IMG/VR virus record: IMGVR_UViG_3300030330_004701 | Span: 32,001 to 96,000 of that record | Origin: a virus | Lineage: Duplodnaviria > Caudoviricetes | Reading direction: 5' to 3' (one strand) | DNA: 64,000 nt | Shown: positions 9,401 through 20,900 of the stretch, one piece after another | Layout of the letters: each line of letters opens with the position of its first letter | Numbering within the stretch: the stretch's first letter is position 1 | Notes under the pieces: generated by a model | The model's input: only the letters and a program-made list of their open reading frames with translations | Told to the model about the DNA's origin: nothing | The model's database searches: none | Translations under genes and position numbers: made by a program

Positions 9401-11906
9401 TCAAAAGTTTCTTAATCAGCAGATAAACAATACAAAAGAGGCACTTAAACAATTAGCTGACCAAAGCGAGTTAGCCTCTGCTGTAATGAGTGAAATTCAA
9501 AAAGAGCAGAGCAAAAGAGCTGCGGTTCAAGAATCAATCAAGAGCTTTACCTTTGCTACTAATGAAGAGCGCATGAACATGACTCAGGAGTTTGCTGCGC
9601 TAACAAGAGTACTGCAAACCGGAAATCTTAATTCTATTCCAGACCAAATGCGTGGCGCTGTTGGTAAACTGTTAGATCAGTTCAAAGATATTGAATTTAT
9701 GCCCGGCATGACTGGTGGAGATATTTCTAAACGCTTGCAAGTACAACAGATGGATCAGCAGTTCCGAATGATGTCTGGCGGAAGACAAGGTGTGCCTCCT
9801 CAATTAGTCAAGGCTATATTTGAATCTACTACTCAAGAAGAGAAGTTAATAAATGATCTTAGAGCTATAAATGAAGAAGAACAAGCTGCTGCAGCGCAAT
9901 TAAGAAAACTTGAACAACAAGAAGCTCAGACTATGATTGAAGCTGCAACAAAGCAAATCCAAGTCAGTGAAGCACTGCTCAAGTGGCTTCAGGCGCGGAT
10001 AGAAAACGAGTCTAATGACATAGCAGAAGGCAACGCTAATGGTGGTTTAGTTTATCGTGCTGGTGGAGGCACTATATTCAAACCTAGAGGTACTGATACA
10101 GTCCCAGCTATGTTAACTCCGGGTGAGTTTGTAATTAGAAAAAGTGCCGTTGACAAGATTGGCGTTGGCGCTTTGACTGCTCTTAATAATGGCAATGCAA
10201 ATACTGTATATAAGGCTGACGGGGGATTGGTTGCTGATGGCAATAGTGTAGCGATGGGTATTGCTAGAAATATGGGAGTTGCTCATATAGCTAAAAATTT
10301 CAATGCAGATCCTGCACAAATTAGAAGGGTTTGGAAAGCTAGCGATCTTGGTGGCTTGATAGGATTGACCGGCGGAGAAAGATCTCCGTTTAGATATATT
10401 CAAGCTTACTTGAATACTCTCAGGCAATATGAGTTTTTATTCAAAAAATTAGATCCTACCGGCATTCAACTAAAGAATGACCCAGCCAGTATAAATGGTG
10501 CACAACAATTAGTGAAAGCATTGCGGGGCGTAACACAAAAGCATGGTTTTCCGGCAAATTTTCTGAATGATCCAGCTTCACAATCTTTCAGACTTGGCCA
10601 GCTAATGCTACACGAAGCAATAAGAAACCCTCAAGCTGCAGCTGAAGGCGTGATTGGACCACAGGGACAAGCAGCTATGCCAGCAGATCGACGAGATTTG
10701 ACTCCTGCGCAAGTAGCTGCCAACAAAAAAGCCTCAGTGCAGGAAAGAAAGAACCGAAGAAAAAATTCCACAACAGTTCCATATCCTATTTTCAAAAATG
10801 GTGTTTTGGTAGGCCATGATAACAATAAGCCTAGAATCAGCTATGCGAAATTTTTGCAACTCAAAGAGAAGAATAAAAAGTCTAGCGCAGCGATAGCTGC
10901 GGGACAAGAGGCGTTAGGTAATCTTGCAGCTTTTCAGGCCGAACAAGAAGAAATACAGGCTGATAAAATTCTTCAGCGTAAAGGTCTTTTTGCCATAACA
11001 AGTCAATATCAGAACAGAACTTTCGGCTTTGAAGCGAATTGGTCGCCAGAATCTCTTGCTCGCTGGGATTTGATGAAAAGCAGAAGAATAAGACTTCAAG
11101 GTGCGGGAACTCAGGCTTTAGGTTTTGTCCCAGAAGACAAACAACGTAAAGATTTCAACGCGCAGGGTACTTTTAAAGATATAGTTAGAGAGTTGGTACT
11201 ACCTCCAAATGCGGGTAATGATTATTTAACTAAAACTGAAGAAGCAATACTTGCTAAGGTTAGACCAACAGAGCTCGAAAACATAAACAAGCGTACACGC
11301 GCAGAAGCCTCCAAGAGAATGCTAATGTTTGAGAAGATAATGGGATTGTATAATCTTAGTTTCTTTGGGCAGCCTGTACCGGGTTATACTGGTGCTGTTG
11401 ATAATAATGGATTCTTGATTCCTGCTCAAGCCCAAGGATTTGCTAGAGGCGGTTCAGTTGACTCTGTTCCTGCTATGTTAACACCGGGCGAGTTTGTAAT
11501 GAGTCGATCTGCTGTTAAGAAACACGGCACTGGATTTATGAATGCAGTTAATAGGGGTAAAGTTCCCGGATTTGCTAAAGGTGGATCTGTTGGAGGAGTG
11601 CAATATAAACAGAATGGCGGTATATTATCTAGTATGGGCTCAGGTTTGATGGAAGGTATTTCAAATGCTTTATCATCATTTGACGGCATTGCAAACATGT
11701 TAAGTAATGTAGCTAGTATGTTTTCAGATATGTCAATATCGCACACAGTACAAGTTGATGGAACCTTAAATATTCCCGGATTTTCTCAGCAGGAAATTAA
11801 TCAAATTATTCAAGTTATTGGCAACTCGGTTGTCTCACAAACTGCAACTAAGATTGATACCGCTTTAGAGCAATTCAAAAACGAACTAAACCAGCGATCA
11901 GACTAA
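3417..11906 (+). CDS. Tail tape measure protein with internal repeats and cargo domains
   Basis: 2829 aa. TP901-type TMP N-terminal core (FEREMLKISQVTG...ETAETIATGFRTIFTRIQ), long Ala/Glu/Gln coiled coils, hydrophobic segments near 7080-7510, and four D(T/S)VPAMLTPGE motifs. Confidence 0.92.
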   Translation: MAKFVLTAQMQLQAPTNLTQVRNQIQQQLSNVTINPQINTQSLANANAQIANVGKAANNASKSLGNASRSAQSLGSALGAAARRFASITLATGFFLGLVRGISDAVGRAVEFEREMLKISQVTGKTSGELRGLTKEVTRLSIGLGVNSAELLNTARTLNQAGFSAQKTKAALEILARTDLAATFENLQATTEGAIALLRQFRTEARAAGGDIKFLEQSLDAINAVSKNFAVEAGDLIAVIRRTGGVFEAAGGKLNELIALFTSVRGTTRETAETIATGFRTIFTRIQRTETVDQLRELGIELRNAKGEFVGPLEAIKRLQIGLAGLSATDFRFQEIIEQLGGFRQVGKVIPLLKQYETTAEALAIANNAMGSTAADAATAQQGLGNAFQKLKEKFDSTVRNIADSDTFQTLARGAIKLAESILNVVEALEPLLPLLTSLAAFKLGQIAIPAFGKFAGIGGRNQGGKIYGFNNGGFVPGTGNRDTVPAMLTPGEFVIRKSSVKKIGAANLAAVNGYNDGGEVDVFTITGMEGRLPAIGYTQATSGNRGKTMLSGPVRDTVKNKYSHMLSNTSEGKRATMPSVLRPEDKIVLNTPFINAPANKSLAQAGDTQFIERHLKTAVHGMATEVGNALDMDVPPLLAFNESAAASSAMKGIDLKTISGYMFESIASTLSGSPVGGSGEFFDMQQARAYTEKLEKLFAGEGRLAGMLQMELKRTLNTENLRGADGSLTTKLLNSMTGANPFGLKMTRTAGTPDDPMSSSSLLAGMKSANVTPGGRTKFFGGRIGAYNKGGSVDTVPAMLTPGEYVINKKAAQSIGYGNLNRMNKSGVAHFNSGGAVQHFQFGGAPTSPNPLGAAMSGGGGANPMAQVDAAAKTLANALTSLATAVTGSVDDMNLLGMIDDNLAKASTPLFNALHNAAAGIGPMDEKINGMLTPAATTLSSEMARAGQALYAGLSVVDDQLKQQMQVAVEAIVAASTNFAGGISTLDDTLRTQLQSALNPLKPVMTALQAEMKKVGTELMKKIAVFDQLKDDVATLQGEMQKLGQGFIEKLDDFNPIKVQVPAVATSLQFLSESIILFVQTVAGLQTNLAGAVGTAVNSFAAMGSGGANPFAALSGPLAKTNKFVLKINQVMMGVGEQLYQLASNLANLNKSVSKGSISITNVGGAASNTGPVIDGLEQQIIKLKAELAEVQNQMNTMGNQAVTTKGPVGKGGGGGGGAMAGLGNAAMMATFMAPMLLEFTNLSDATKEAASNALMLAGVLGMLIVPMGRWLDSVVAGTAANVKETISSNVSAASDMAEAGASGVSTGADLAEAGGSAIATAADTVEAGSSIMAGLAAMGMAIAAAPFTILAVALTALIGVVAYFQSSLKKTAETAVKASNEMLDAAREGEGNVDRAELDKQGRIAVNATAKGESVGFGNLASITSGFKGYSGAFKRLSEGTSKATDALVLIPVIGPYIVGLSDAMDEQAQAMRSGQKAMKLLNDARVIEAESTGARIRAMKKIEEADLQGAERRKAVTKANADFTKSTNDLAAANAAQLAYLDSDVVAKGIMSAEELQEAQDDLSSKIKDRAKQQQEITAEERAALDEMISEMREGGQSFAEIFGSEEYKKQLQKIGDSAAAAAKMEAQASGASRKAGLEAINMTEEEFDQLRGAERELAVARMHAAQQAYEANAAEEARQNAMEGTDKKQRELAEAEMKRIAELEALRAAEVEVMRAEIKRREVLNRLQSAQISYMNTVDGMIGSIQGLSGAIQDTTNNSIKLAETLQDGFTPAAFAAASDISPVIANNIKEGLEKNKELREGFMSITQASGGQKLSMKQREEALAGIGIDLDTSGISKDMRDKVMIMLEDGIQPDEIEELVGIFGAEVGTQIDLLKQVNEAQQKHISLIREAGKLELEARKKIRSAVLFEVDVRQKGADRIREATGKEITIAEARMNMFEKVNAMTMGQGGLGVQQLGNRASTLLDERNKIQGRRDARGKEDAIDQKMANDQKFLNQQINNTKEALKQLADQSELASAVMSEIQKEQSKRAAVQESIKSFTFATNEERMNMTQEFAALTRVLQTGNLNSIPDQMRGAVGKLLDQFKDIEFMPGMTGGDISKRLQVQQMDQQFRMMSGGRQGVPPQLVKAIFESTTQEEKLINDLRAINEEEQAAAAQLRKLEQQEAQTMIEAATKQIQVSEALLKWLQARIENESNDIAEGNANGGLVYRAGGGTIFKPRGTDTVPAMLTPGEFVIRKSAVDKIGVGALTALNNGNANTVYKADGGLVADGNSVAMGIARNMGVAHIAKNFNADPAQIRRVWKASDLGGLIGLTGGERSPFRYIQAYLNTLRQYEFLFKKLDPTGIQLKNDPASINGAQQLVKALRGVTQKHGFPANFLNDPASQSFRLGQLMLHEAIRNPQAAAEGVIGPQGQAAMPADRRDLTPAQVAANKKASVQERKNRRKNSTTVPYPIFKNGVLVGHDNNKPRISYAKFLQLKEKNKKSSAAIAAGQEALGNLAAFQAEQEEIQADKILQRKGLFAITSQYQNRTFGFEANWSPESLARWDLMKSRRIRLQGAGTQALGFVPEDKQRKDFNAQGTFKDIVRELVLPPNAGNDYLTKTEEAILAKVRPTELENINKRTRAEASKRMLMFEKIMGLYNLSFFGQPVPGYTGAVDNNGFLIPAQAQGFARGGSVDSVPAMLTPGEFVMSRSAVKKHGTGFMNAVNRGKVPGFAKGGSVGGVQYKQNGGILSSMGSGLMEGISNALSSFDGIANMLSNVASMFSDMSISHTVQVDGTLNIPGFSQQEINQIIQVIGNSVVSQTATKIDTALEQFKNELNQRSD
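4863..11498 (+). repeat. Four dispersed D[T/S]VPAMLTPGE[F/Y]V protein repeats in the TMP, starting at 4863, 5799, 10095 and 11460
   Basis: Read directly in the translation. Each is preceded by [F/Y]xxGG and followed by KxA/SxxxxG...N...[F/Y]xxGG. Codons differ between copies. Confidence 0.95.
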
Positions 11907-11915
11907 GGTATAACA

Positions 11916-14900
11916 ATGGTAAGAAAAAACGGCAGTAAAAACCTATTTATAAAACAGGGCGACAATAGCAACCTTGACTTGTTCATGCAATCGCCTGAAT
12001 TTATAAAAGATTTTACTAACTGGGAGACTAAGAACTCTTCTCTTGAGGTTACTCGATCTAGAGCGTTTGAAAAAACTCCATTTGATAATAATGCTGAAGA
12101 GATGACACCTTATACAAATATTGAGATAGGGAACAATGTCGCGCTTTGTGCTGATGAAAATTATAGCACCAGTAGATTTGGCAATCCAATTTTTCCAAGT
12201 AATAGAAGCAATCCTAATCAAAAGGGGTATTACCTCAAAACTACTATAATGGGATTCCCTGATAATGACCATTATACAAATGACGTTAAACTTTCAAAGG
12301 TAGAGGAAAGTGCGATAGTTATAAAAATTGATACTATTGCCGGCGCATCAGAGCTTCATTTTGATACTTGTAGGACCCCGCAGAATAAAAGAAAACTAGC
12401 TTACTGTATACCTCGACTTTATGATTCTGCAGGCAGCGTTCTCTTTGATGGCGTATCTAATCCAGCCGTAGGCATTATCGGTAACCAAGCACTTAATAGA
12501 TTTCAAGATGTGTGGGCTCAAAACTTAGATATTGGAGAAGTGGCCAGAAGGTATACTGGTATTGGTGGTGATACTACGATAACCGTTCTACCTTATAGTC
12601 AACCTAGATACAATAAAAATGCAAAATTTAATTATTACAGTTGCGCTGAGGATCAAGTTTTGCATGGTATCGGCGGAATCAGCGCTCCTAACAACGAAGT
12701 TGCCTCTGCAGCTGAGGGTCTTATATATAAAGACGACGACGATGGTTTTGTATATTTTCTTGATCTCAACAGGCTTGGACCGGATATCAATATTGTTAAT
12801 AAAGACCTTGCGTATTTCGCTATTCCGGGGACCTCTTCCAATGAGTCCAGACCTCTTAGTCCAGAAGCAAGATCTCACATAGGAAAGGATGGTATTGAAG
12901 TAGCGGCCTTTGAGTTCCAGAGAGAAGGCAGTTATGAGATTAAGGGTCTTGGCTTAATAAAAGATCCTGAGTATAAGGTACAATTTTTTGAATGTGAGCC
13001 TAATTTTGTGCTATTTGATGTCACGAGAGCTGAGGGTTGTGGAAGAGTAGATATTTTCAAGAGAAGATCAGGCACACTAACTGTAAATGCTTCTACTAAC
13101 AAGGTTTCTTTTAGATCTAATTCTGGTGTCGTTTTATCTTCAACCCCTCAAGTTGGGGACGTAATTAAAATTGTCAGCGGCTTGAACGAGTCAACAGGTT
13201 CTTCAAATATCAATCCTGTAAATGGTGTTTTCTATCTTGGGGCAGACTTTAAACTTTATGCTAATGCCGACTTTAGTGAAGAGGTTAATCTTCGTGATAT
13301 CAGAGGAACTGCCAAATGGACGCTCATGGATTCTGCAAATTCTGAAGACCCAACTTCAAGATGGCAGTATCATAAAAGTATTATAGGGTCAAACACGCCT
13401 TCGCAACATGAAGTAACCACAGCTGCCTCTTTTGACTCAAGCCTAGATGTACAAACCGTGCAAAGTTTTAACCAAATTAAAAACAAAATGGGACTTGGCA
13501 CCGGCAATGACGAACTGACAATCCGTGATAAAAATTTTAACTTGGGTAAGGCTATTGCTATAAGAAAGTCTGATGACGCAATTGCTATATCTCAACCTGC
13601 GAACCACTTTAATAGCCTTTCTGAGGCTCAGCTGGGCCTGAATCTTTACGGCAACACGACAGCTGGGTTATATTATTTTCTTGACATGCCGCTATTTTTT
13701 ATAGAGAAAGACCACAAATTAAATAACCGCTCTTATGATCGAGGTTTCAAATCGGGGAACCAAAATACAATTCAGAGGCGGCGTGATACCGATACAAACG
13801 CTTACGGTTTTACTGGCAACGTTAGGGAGCCAAGCGCTGTGGAGGCTAAGTTGTATTTTGATGGTTATAATGAAAACACGCAAACTTTTAGTAACTTTGA
13901 CTTTAAACCCATCAGTATAACTAATCAATTTACGGACCTTTGCGAGGAAGATAAGAAAGTATCTGATACAGCTCCTGATGATCCTACCGGAGTTACATAC
14001 GGAGAAGATGGTGATTTTAGCACTCCGATGAGTGAGCCAGTTGTTTCTACAGATGGTGACAATGTAGATTTTTATAATTACGGTGATCCAAATGCTGGGA
14101 CTTCGGGTGGAGATATTTATGGTTCAGAAGGGTCAGAAATGTTTAGCGATCCTGATGGAGCATTTTCTGGTTTTGCCCCCCTCGTAGAAGCAGTTCCACC
14201 TAATAATGACCACACAACAAACGCGAGAAGTGTTTTCAAATTTGAACTTAATAACATGAATTATGGTTGTGTATTTTTTGGGTATGTAGATGACGATCTA
14301 GTTTCAATAGATGCATCTAGTGGCAACACTCTTATTGCGCCCCCCTCACCAGTAGGAGTCGGTGGTGCTCCAGCAAACGATTTTTTGAGTTCTCAAGAGG
14401 CTACGCCTATTGACCAATTGCACTGGAGAAAAGCTTGGGCTCTAGGTAAAAGGCAGCTTGATACTGTTACTTTTGGAAGCGATGACTCAAGTTATTATAC
14501 TGTAGATATTGACGGAGACAATATAGCTGAAACAAATGATGTCTCTAAGTCTCCGATATATTTTGAAATAACAGCTGGCAGAAATGGTAAGTATAATTAT
14601 AACGCTTATGATATGAGAAAATTTAGAAATGATACCGTTGACAGTAATTTGTGGTTTCAGCATCCAGAATGTATAGGGGGATATAGGGCTCCATATACAG
14701 CGTATTGGGGCAAATTCGACAAATGCACTGATGGTTTTGGTCAGGCTGTTGCGTTTGGTGACAATGGTGAGATATTTATTGCAGACTCAACATCACACTA
14801 TTCTGGGCCATGTTCAGTTTTGGGTGATATGCTCATGTATGAATACAGTTACTCTGAACCTAGAAGAGACACTCAACCTCAGTATCCATATTATAACGAC

Positions 14901-17900
14901 GGAGACGACCTTGCTGAAGGCGAGCGGATTTCAACTAGAAAACAACCAAATAAGCCTCTTCAGGACTTTGCAGATTCTCACAGTAGAAGTATGAAAGACG
15001 TGCTTGCTACAGAAGAATACAACTACAGATCTGTATATTCAGTTCACATAAAAATAATAAGAGATCAAGATGAGCTCTTGAGTGGAGATTTGAATAACAA
15101 ATACGCAACCGCTCAAACAGCTCTTTTTTGCAGTAGCCAAACATTACCATATTCAGCAGGAGACCTTACGAGAAAAAATTACTTGGTAAATACCTCCCTA
15201 AAAGCAATTAATGGTGGAGGGGCTGGCTACGCACTGAAGGGAACACGAGTACCTGACACTGAGCAATTAGAATATGTTTACCTGAGCCGTAGATACGGCC
15301 TTCCGCCTGACTTTCCGTTTTATAGACTTTCTCCTTATTCTCCTAATGTGATAGTACATTATGATAGTGGGAAACTTTATGTTAGTAATGTTTCTGGTTT
15401 TGTTGATGAAAATGAATCGACAGCGAGCCGGAGCGAGTTTAGGGTTGATGGTCTTGGTCAATTTAGAAATTATACGCATGGCATAAAAGTATTTGATTTT
15501 TCTGAAGGCAAAACAGATTACTGGCTAGCAGGGTGTGCAGTTTCTACAGAACTCTTCATTAATAATAGTGGGACGGACTTTACTGATAGTAATGAAAACG
15601 CTGTACTATATGATGCTGAAGCAGGTGCCGGTACTTCCGACAGTACCTTCAATACGGCACTCATACAAGACCCAAGGCTTATGATTTGGCCGGGAGCGGA
15701 TGTTGCCAACCTATCTGTGGGTCATCTATGCCACACAGCCTTGGCCGGCAGGGATTTTTCTGGCTTGACTGGCAAGACAGATGTTTTCTTTAGTACTTTG
15801 TTTAGTTCCAACATAAACATGAGGCTTTTCTCAGGAAAGTTCAAAGTTAGCCCATTTACTATGAGCTTTGCTAATGGTGAATTTTGGCCAGTCCCCGCAG
15901 CAGGGTTACCTTCTAGTATTTCTTACGCTAATGGCTTGAACACTTGGACATACATCATGATTGTAAAACCAAACCAGCCGATTGGTCCGTCAGACGTAGG
16001 TAATCTTGTTGTGCCGGTCAGTGATGATGAAGTAGAAGTAAGTGGTTTTAGTCGTCTCCGAAAAAATAAATACCTAATAGGCAAGCGCAAGGGACTTTTT
16101 TCATCAAATCCAGAAAAGAATTTCAGATATTGTAATGTTTCTTCTCCATACTATATTACAGATCCATGGTGCACAGAGGAAGAACAACAAGCTCAAACTC
16201 TACTTGACAAAGTAGTGCCGAACCAAGTTCCAGTTGGCCAAAACAGAGACTTTAGAGTCGATAGAGGGACTCTAGTATTTTTACAGGAAAATACTACAGA
16301 CGAATTTGGTCTTATTATACCTGAATCTAGACAGTTAGTAATATATGATGTATCAACTAATAATCCAAAATTGATACAAAAAACAACAGCAACTTTGCCT
16401 TCCGATATTGGTAGGGGGGTTAGAGCTAATATCTCGCTTGATGATTCTACCACCAGTACAGATGTTATAGCCGATTTTATTAGCGTCGATATTTGTAACG
16501 GTAAAATCTTCACTTCAATTATGAACAGTTTCAGAAACAACACTCTTACCTCTAGTGCTAATCTGGATTATGGACATTTCACAGACAACGGTTGGCCAGA
16601 GGCAGGTGGTTTCGGAAACCTCACCAATCCCGCATTTGCTATCTTCACAGATACAGGTAGAAGCCGACTTCCTAGATCAGAAACCTTGACTGAATTTTCA
16701 GAACCCGCTTTTCCATTTTTAACTTTTGCCGAAAATTTTTCAGATGTTAACCCTTATAACCTAAATAACATTTATGAATACATCCGTAATGAAGGAACTT
16801 TCATAAATTCTCAAATATTCGATATTAACAATTCACATAGAAACCCACTAGCATTTTACAGTATGAGGAACTTTTCCAAAGACGGGCAAGCAATGGTAGT
16901 GCCTATAGGTATTACTGTAACTGTAGATGTTGACACAAACTTTACTAGCCCCAATGAAAATGTTGTGTTGCCAAAAGTAGCTTTTTATGATTCAGATCCA
17001 AGATTAAACATACGGCAGATTGGGGAAGTAAGTGATGGCAAACTATTATTTGGCGAGGATACACAAATCCCATCAAGGCACAGCAGTCTTTATACACACG
17101 GAGCACAGAATGCAAGAAATATGAGTGTGCTGACTCCCACCTACAGGTTTACTGGTGGTAGATACAAAGGAACCATTGATATTGATTTCAATCAAGATAA
17201 TAGTATTAGTCTTTTTGAATATAAAGAATTATCTGCGGAAGACAATAGAACATTTAGATTCAATGATGGCAACGGAAATTGTTTTCTAAATGAGTTAGAT
17301 GCTTATGGCAGAAGAAAGCCAGCAAGTTATACATTTGAATTTGATGATGCTAACAAAGAAAGCTTTAATAGAGGGTTTTTAAGGGGCAACAATTGTATTG
17401 GTTTAGGGCTTTTATCTTGGGAGACGAATGGGGATGATGACGATGCTTACCGTAAAAAAAGCACTAGCCAGCAAAACAGATACTCGCCTTACACTAAATA
17501 TAAAGTAAATGATGAAGAACCACATTCATTCGTAAATACTGCAAAAATTTCAGTTGTCGTTAAATATAAGGAATACGACACAGGCTTGATAAGAAGATTT
17601 TCTTGTGCTGGTGATGTGCATATTTTTAATGACCCCAATGTGAATTATGATGGTTCACCTTTCCCTCTGCCTGTGGACCTGCTAGTCTCAGACATAACCC
17701 CGTATCTTCAGGGCGATCCTGAATCAAGTAGTAAATTAAGCAATCGTGTTCGTGTACCAAATGTACCGTATACAATAAGGACTTCAAAAAGCGATGCTCA
17801 GCCTTATTTGAATCAATCCTCGGCTGTGCTTGCTGGGACCGAAACACATAGTATACAAGTTGTCGCTCCACAGCTGGCATTTGATAACCCTAATCCAGAC

Positions 17901-20900
17901 TTTTTGTCTTTGGCGATTAGAAATATTCCTACAGAGAATAACAATGCAGACCTTTCTACTACGGGCCATATAAACTCAAGTGGAAATATGGATTTAAGGA
18001 TTTCTGGTATTGTAACAGAACAAGGCGCGATGACTATACATTTAGGTGAAGTTCTGAAAAATGCGGCTATGGATATAAACATGCCAAATGTTATTGGTTT
18101 TGAGTGTGACGGTGTAGCACTTTCACTCTTACCTCCTACCGGAACACAAGTAGAAAAAACAACGTCTTTGGTATTTCCCGGCGGAACTGGAGTAAGTGAC
18201 GGACTGTCATTATCAGTTAATCCAACATACACTAGCGGAGCTTTTGATTTCTATGTTCAGGGTGGTTTAGCGAGTGGGAATATGGACATCGCAATGTCTG
18301 GTGTTCATGGAATTATCAATACTATGCCATGCGTGGAAGGAGATCTGTTCTTACAGGGTATGACTGGCCCTAGCAGCGGAATCATGCCATTGCATATCAA
18401 TAGATTTTCACATAGTGGCGATATGACTTTAGTGATTGACTCGGCCAACTCTTCTGGCATTATGCCTTTGGCTATTGGGGCAGAGCCAATGAGCGCTTCC
18501 GGTGTATTATTTACTGAAGGATATGAAGACGTTAATCGAGCTACGACATTATATATTGGTAGACAGTTTGAAGAAAAGCAAGCAGACCTATCAATATCTG
18601 GTCCAATCCCATTTGAGGGAGACCCAATAACCTTGCACGCTTCCGGTGCTGCAGTTAATTCGGTTGATACTAACGACTTCAACTTTGATTACATGTGCCA
18701 TCTAACTAGAACAGAAGACAGGTTTGATTTTAGTCAAAATTCTGAGTTGGTCATACCTGAAACAAAATCTAACTCAATTTCTAGGAACACACACCTGCCC
18801 GGAAGCTCCGCTAGGTATGGATATTATTCACCTCTTAGCCCCGGAAAGAGACTGAATAACTTTACGCAATCTTCAGCAAAGATTTTTTATGATCAAGAAC
18901 TATCTAGAGAAGCTATTGCTTCAAATAGAGACCTCCTTGTAGTGGGCTCAAATCCTTCTGCTTTATCAAGCGAGACACAATCTCTACAAATTTTTGAGTA
19001 TATTGACGAAGACAGTCTGCAGCTTAAGTTTACATATGATCATTTCTTTAGAGACCTTGTGCGACTGTCTGGTATATCTGGAGGAGATGGACAAATATCT
19101 ATTCGCCACAAGTCCATTGATGTCTCTGACGATAATAGAATTGCTGTTTCTGTAAGGATTAGTAACAAAAGTGGACTACGAGACGCTGTTTGCGTGCTGC
19201 AGCCGGGAAAATTTGTGCTAAAAAGAATTGGTCAGCCTACATATGATTTGTGTGCTATAGAGCCATCATACAGCACTCCAGTGTCTATTGAAGAAGTCGA
19301 TGGCTGGGTAATGACTCAAGCAATAGTTGGTGATACAATTGATGACTCATCCGACTTAGTTAAGTGCAATAACTATATCGGAAATACTGTGCAATGGAAA
19401 GATAAAGATCTTTATTATGATAAGCAGAGTAAAAACTATGGTTCGGTTTATTATATACAGTATTCGGACAACTATGCAACAGAAAACTTAGCATTTTCTT
19501 TCGGCTCTACTGACGATGGGCAAGTATATTATTCAAACAGATACAATATACCTGAAGGAACAAAAGTAGGGTTTGGTTCTAGGTTTAAGATTCATGGTGA
19601 TTATGCTGTCGTGTCTGCACCCTTGCTTGACTCTTTTATTGCTAATAATGATCTTTCGGTTATGCATGCGCCTTCACCAGAAGGAGCAGTATATGTTTAT
19701 AGATTTGACTCTGGCTGGAATTTTGTAGATGCAATATATTCTGGAGGGTATACTTCTTCTGACATCTCTGGAATTTCTGATTGTACATATAACCATGCTC
19801 TGTTTGGATATAGTGTTGATGTGAATAAGGATAGTGGATTTGTCGCTGTATCTGAACCTGTAACAAACAAAATATACAAATATGTGATACATGCAAATGA
19901 CACTGTTTCATTAGTAAGAGATTATACCGATTCTACTTCTGCTGGTTTTGGAAACAAGATTAACATATGTGCAAACAGTATATTGACCAGTAATGCAGAA
20001 GCAATTAAAGAGCCAGTCTTCGGTCATGACTTCCAATTTACTCCAGAAGAATCTGTGGCTGAAACAAACCAGTACAATCCATTCACTTCTGTTACTAAGT
20101 CGGTGTCAAGCACCTTTACTTTTGTGCTAGACATCGAGCCAAAGGGAGCAAAAAGGCTTTTAGTTGGTAGATCCTTCAATGTTAATTTTGCTGCAGAGCC
20201 TACCATCAATATAGAAAAGCTTTCTATTCTAAATAGAGGCAATTATGGTAATCTATTCATACAGGGTCCGATTACCTCCAACTCTAATAAAGACATAATT
20301 TATTATAGACCTTTGGATGTAGAGACAAACACTATGGGTCTGCAGTTTGCTTCAATTGGTGTAAACTCTGGAATTCCTCTTCATGTTCACGTACCAGATC
20401 CAGCTAGTGGAGTTATACCGCTTCACTTGAGGCAAGCAGAAAGAGCCGACACCACCCTGTTTATTTCACATGTGTTTACTCCTGCTAGTGGTGTAACTAG
20501 TCTTTCAACACTTGGCCCTCTTACATCAGCTTCCAGTGGAGATTTGTTCTCTCACGGTGCAGCGGCAGAGAACAACAATATTGAGACATTTATACTTGGG
20601 GGTCGAACTGGAGATGGAGGAATGGCGCAAGCAGCATTCAATATGCGAGTAGCCCAAGCCGACCCAATCGCATCTTCTGGAGATTTTGATTTATCTTTGC
20701 ATGGCGTTGTAAACACTGCAAGCGGTCATTTCGCAGCGAACACAGCTTTTGTCGAGGGTGGTCTATACGCTCCAGCAGAGGGCATTATCGACTTCCTGCA
20801 TATCCAAACTGACCTCAAGGCTTCGGTGACTGGCGTTGCTGATTTAGCTATAGCTGTTGATCCTGCTGCCGGACCTTCCGATGGAACGTTTCCAGTTTCG

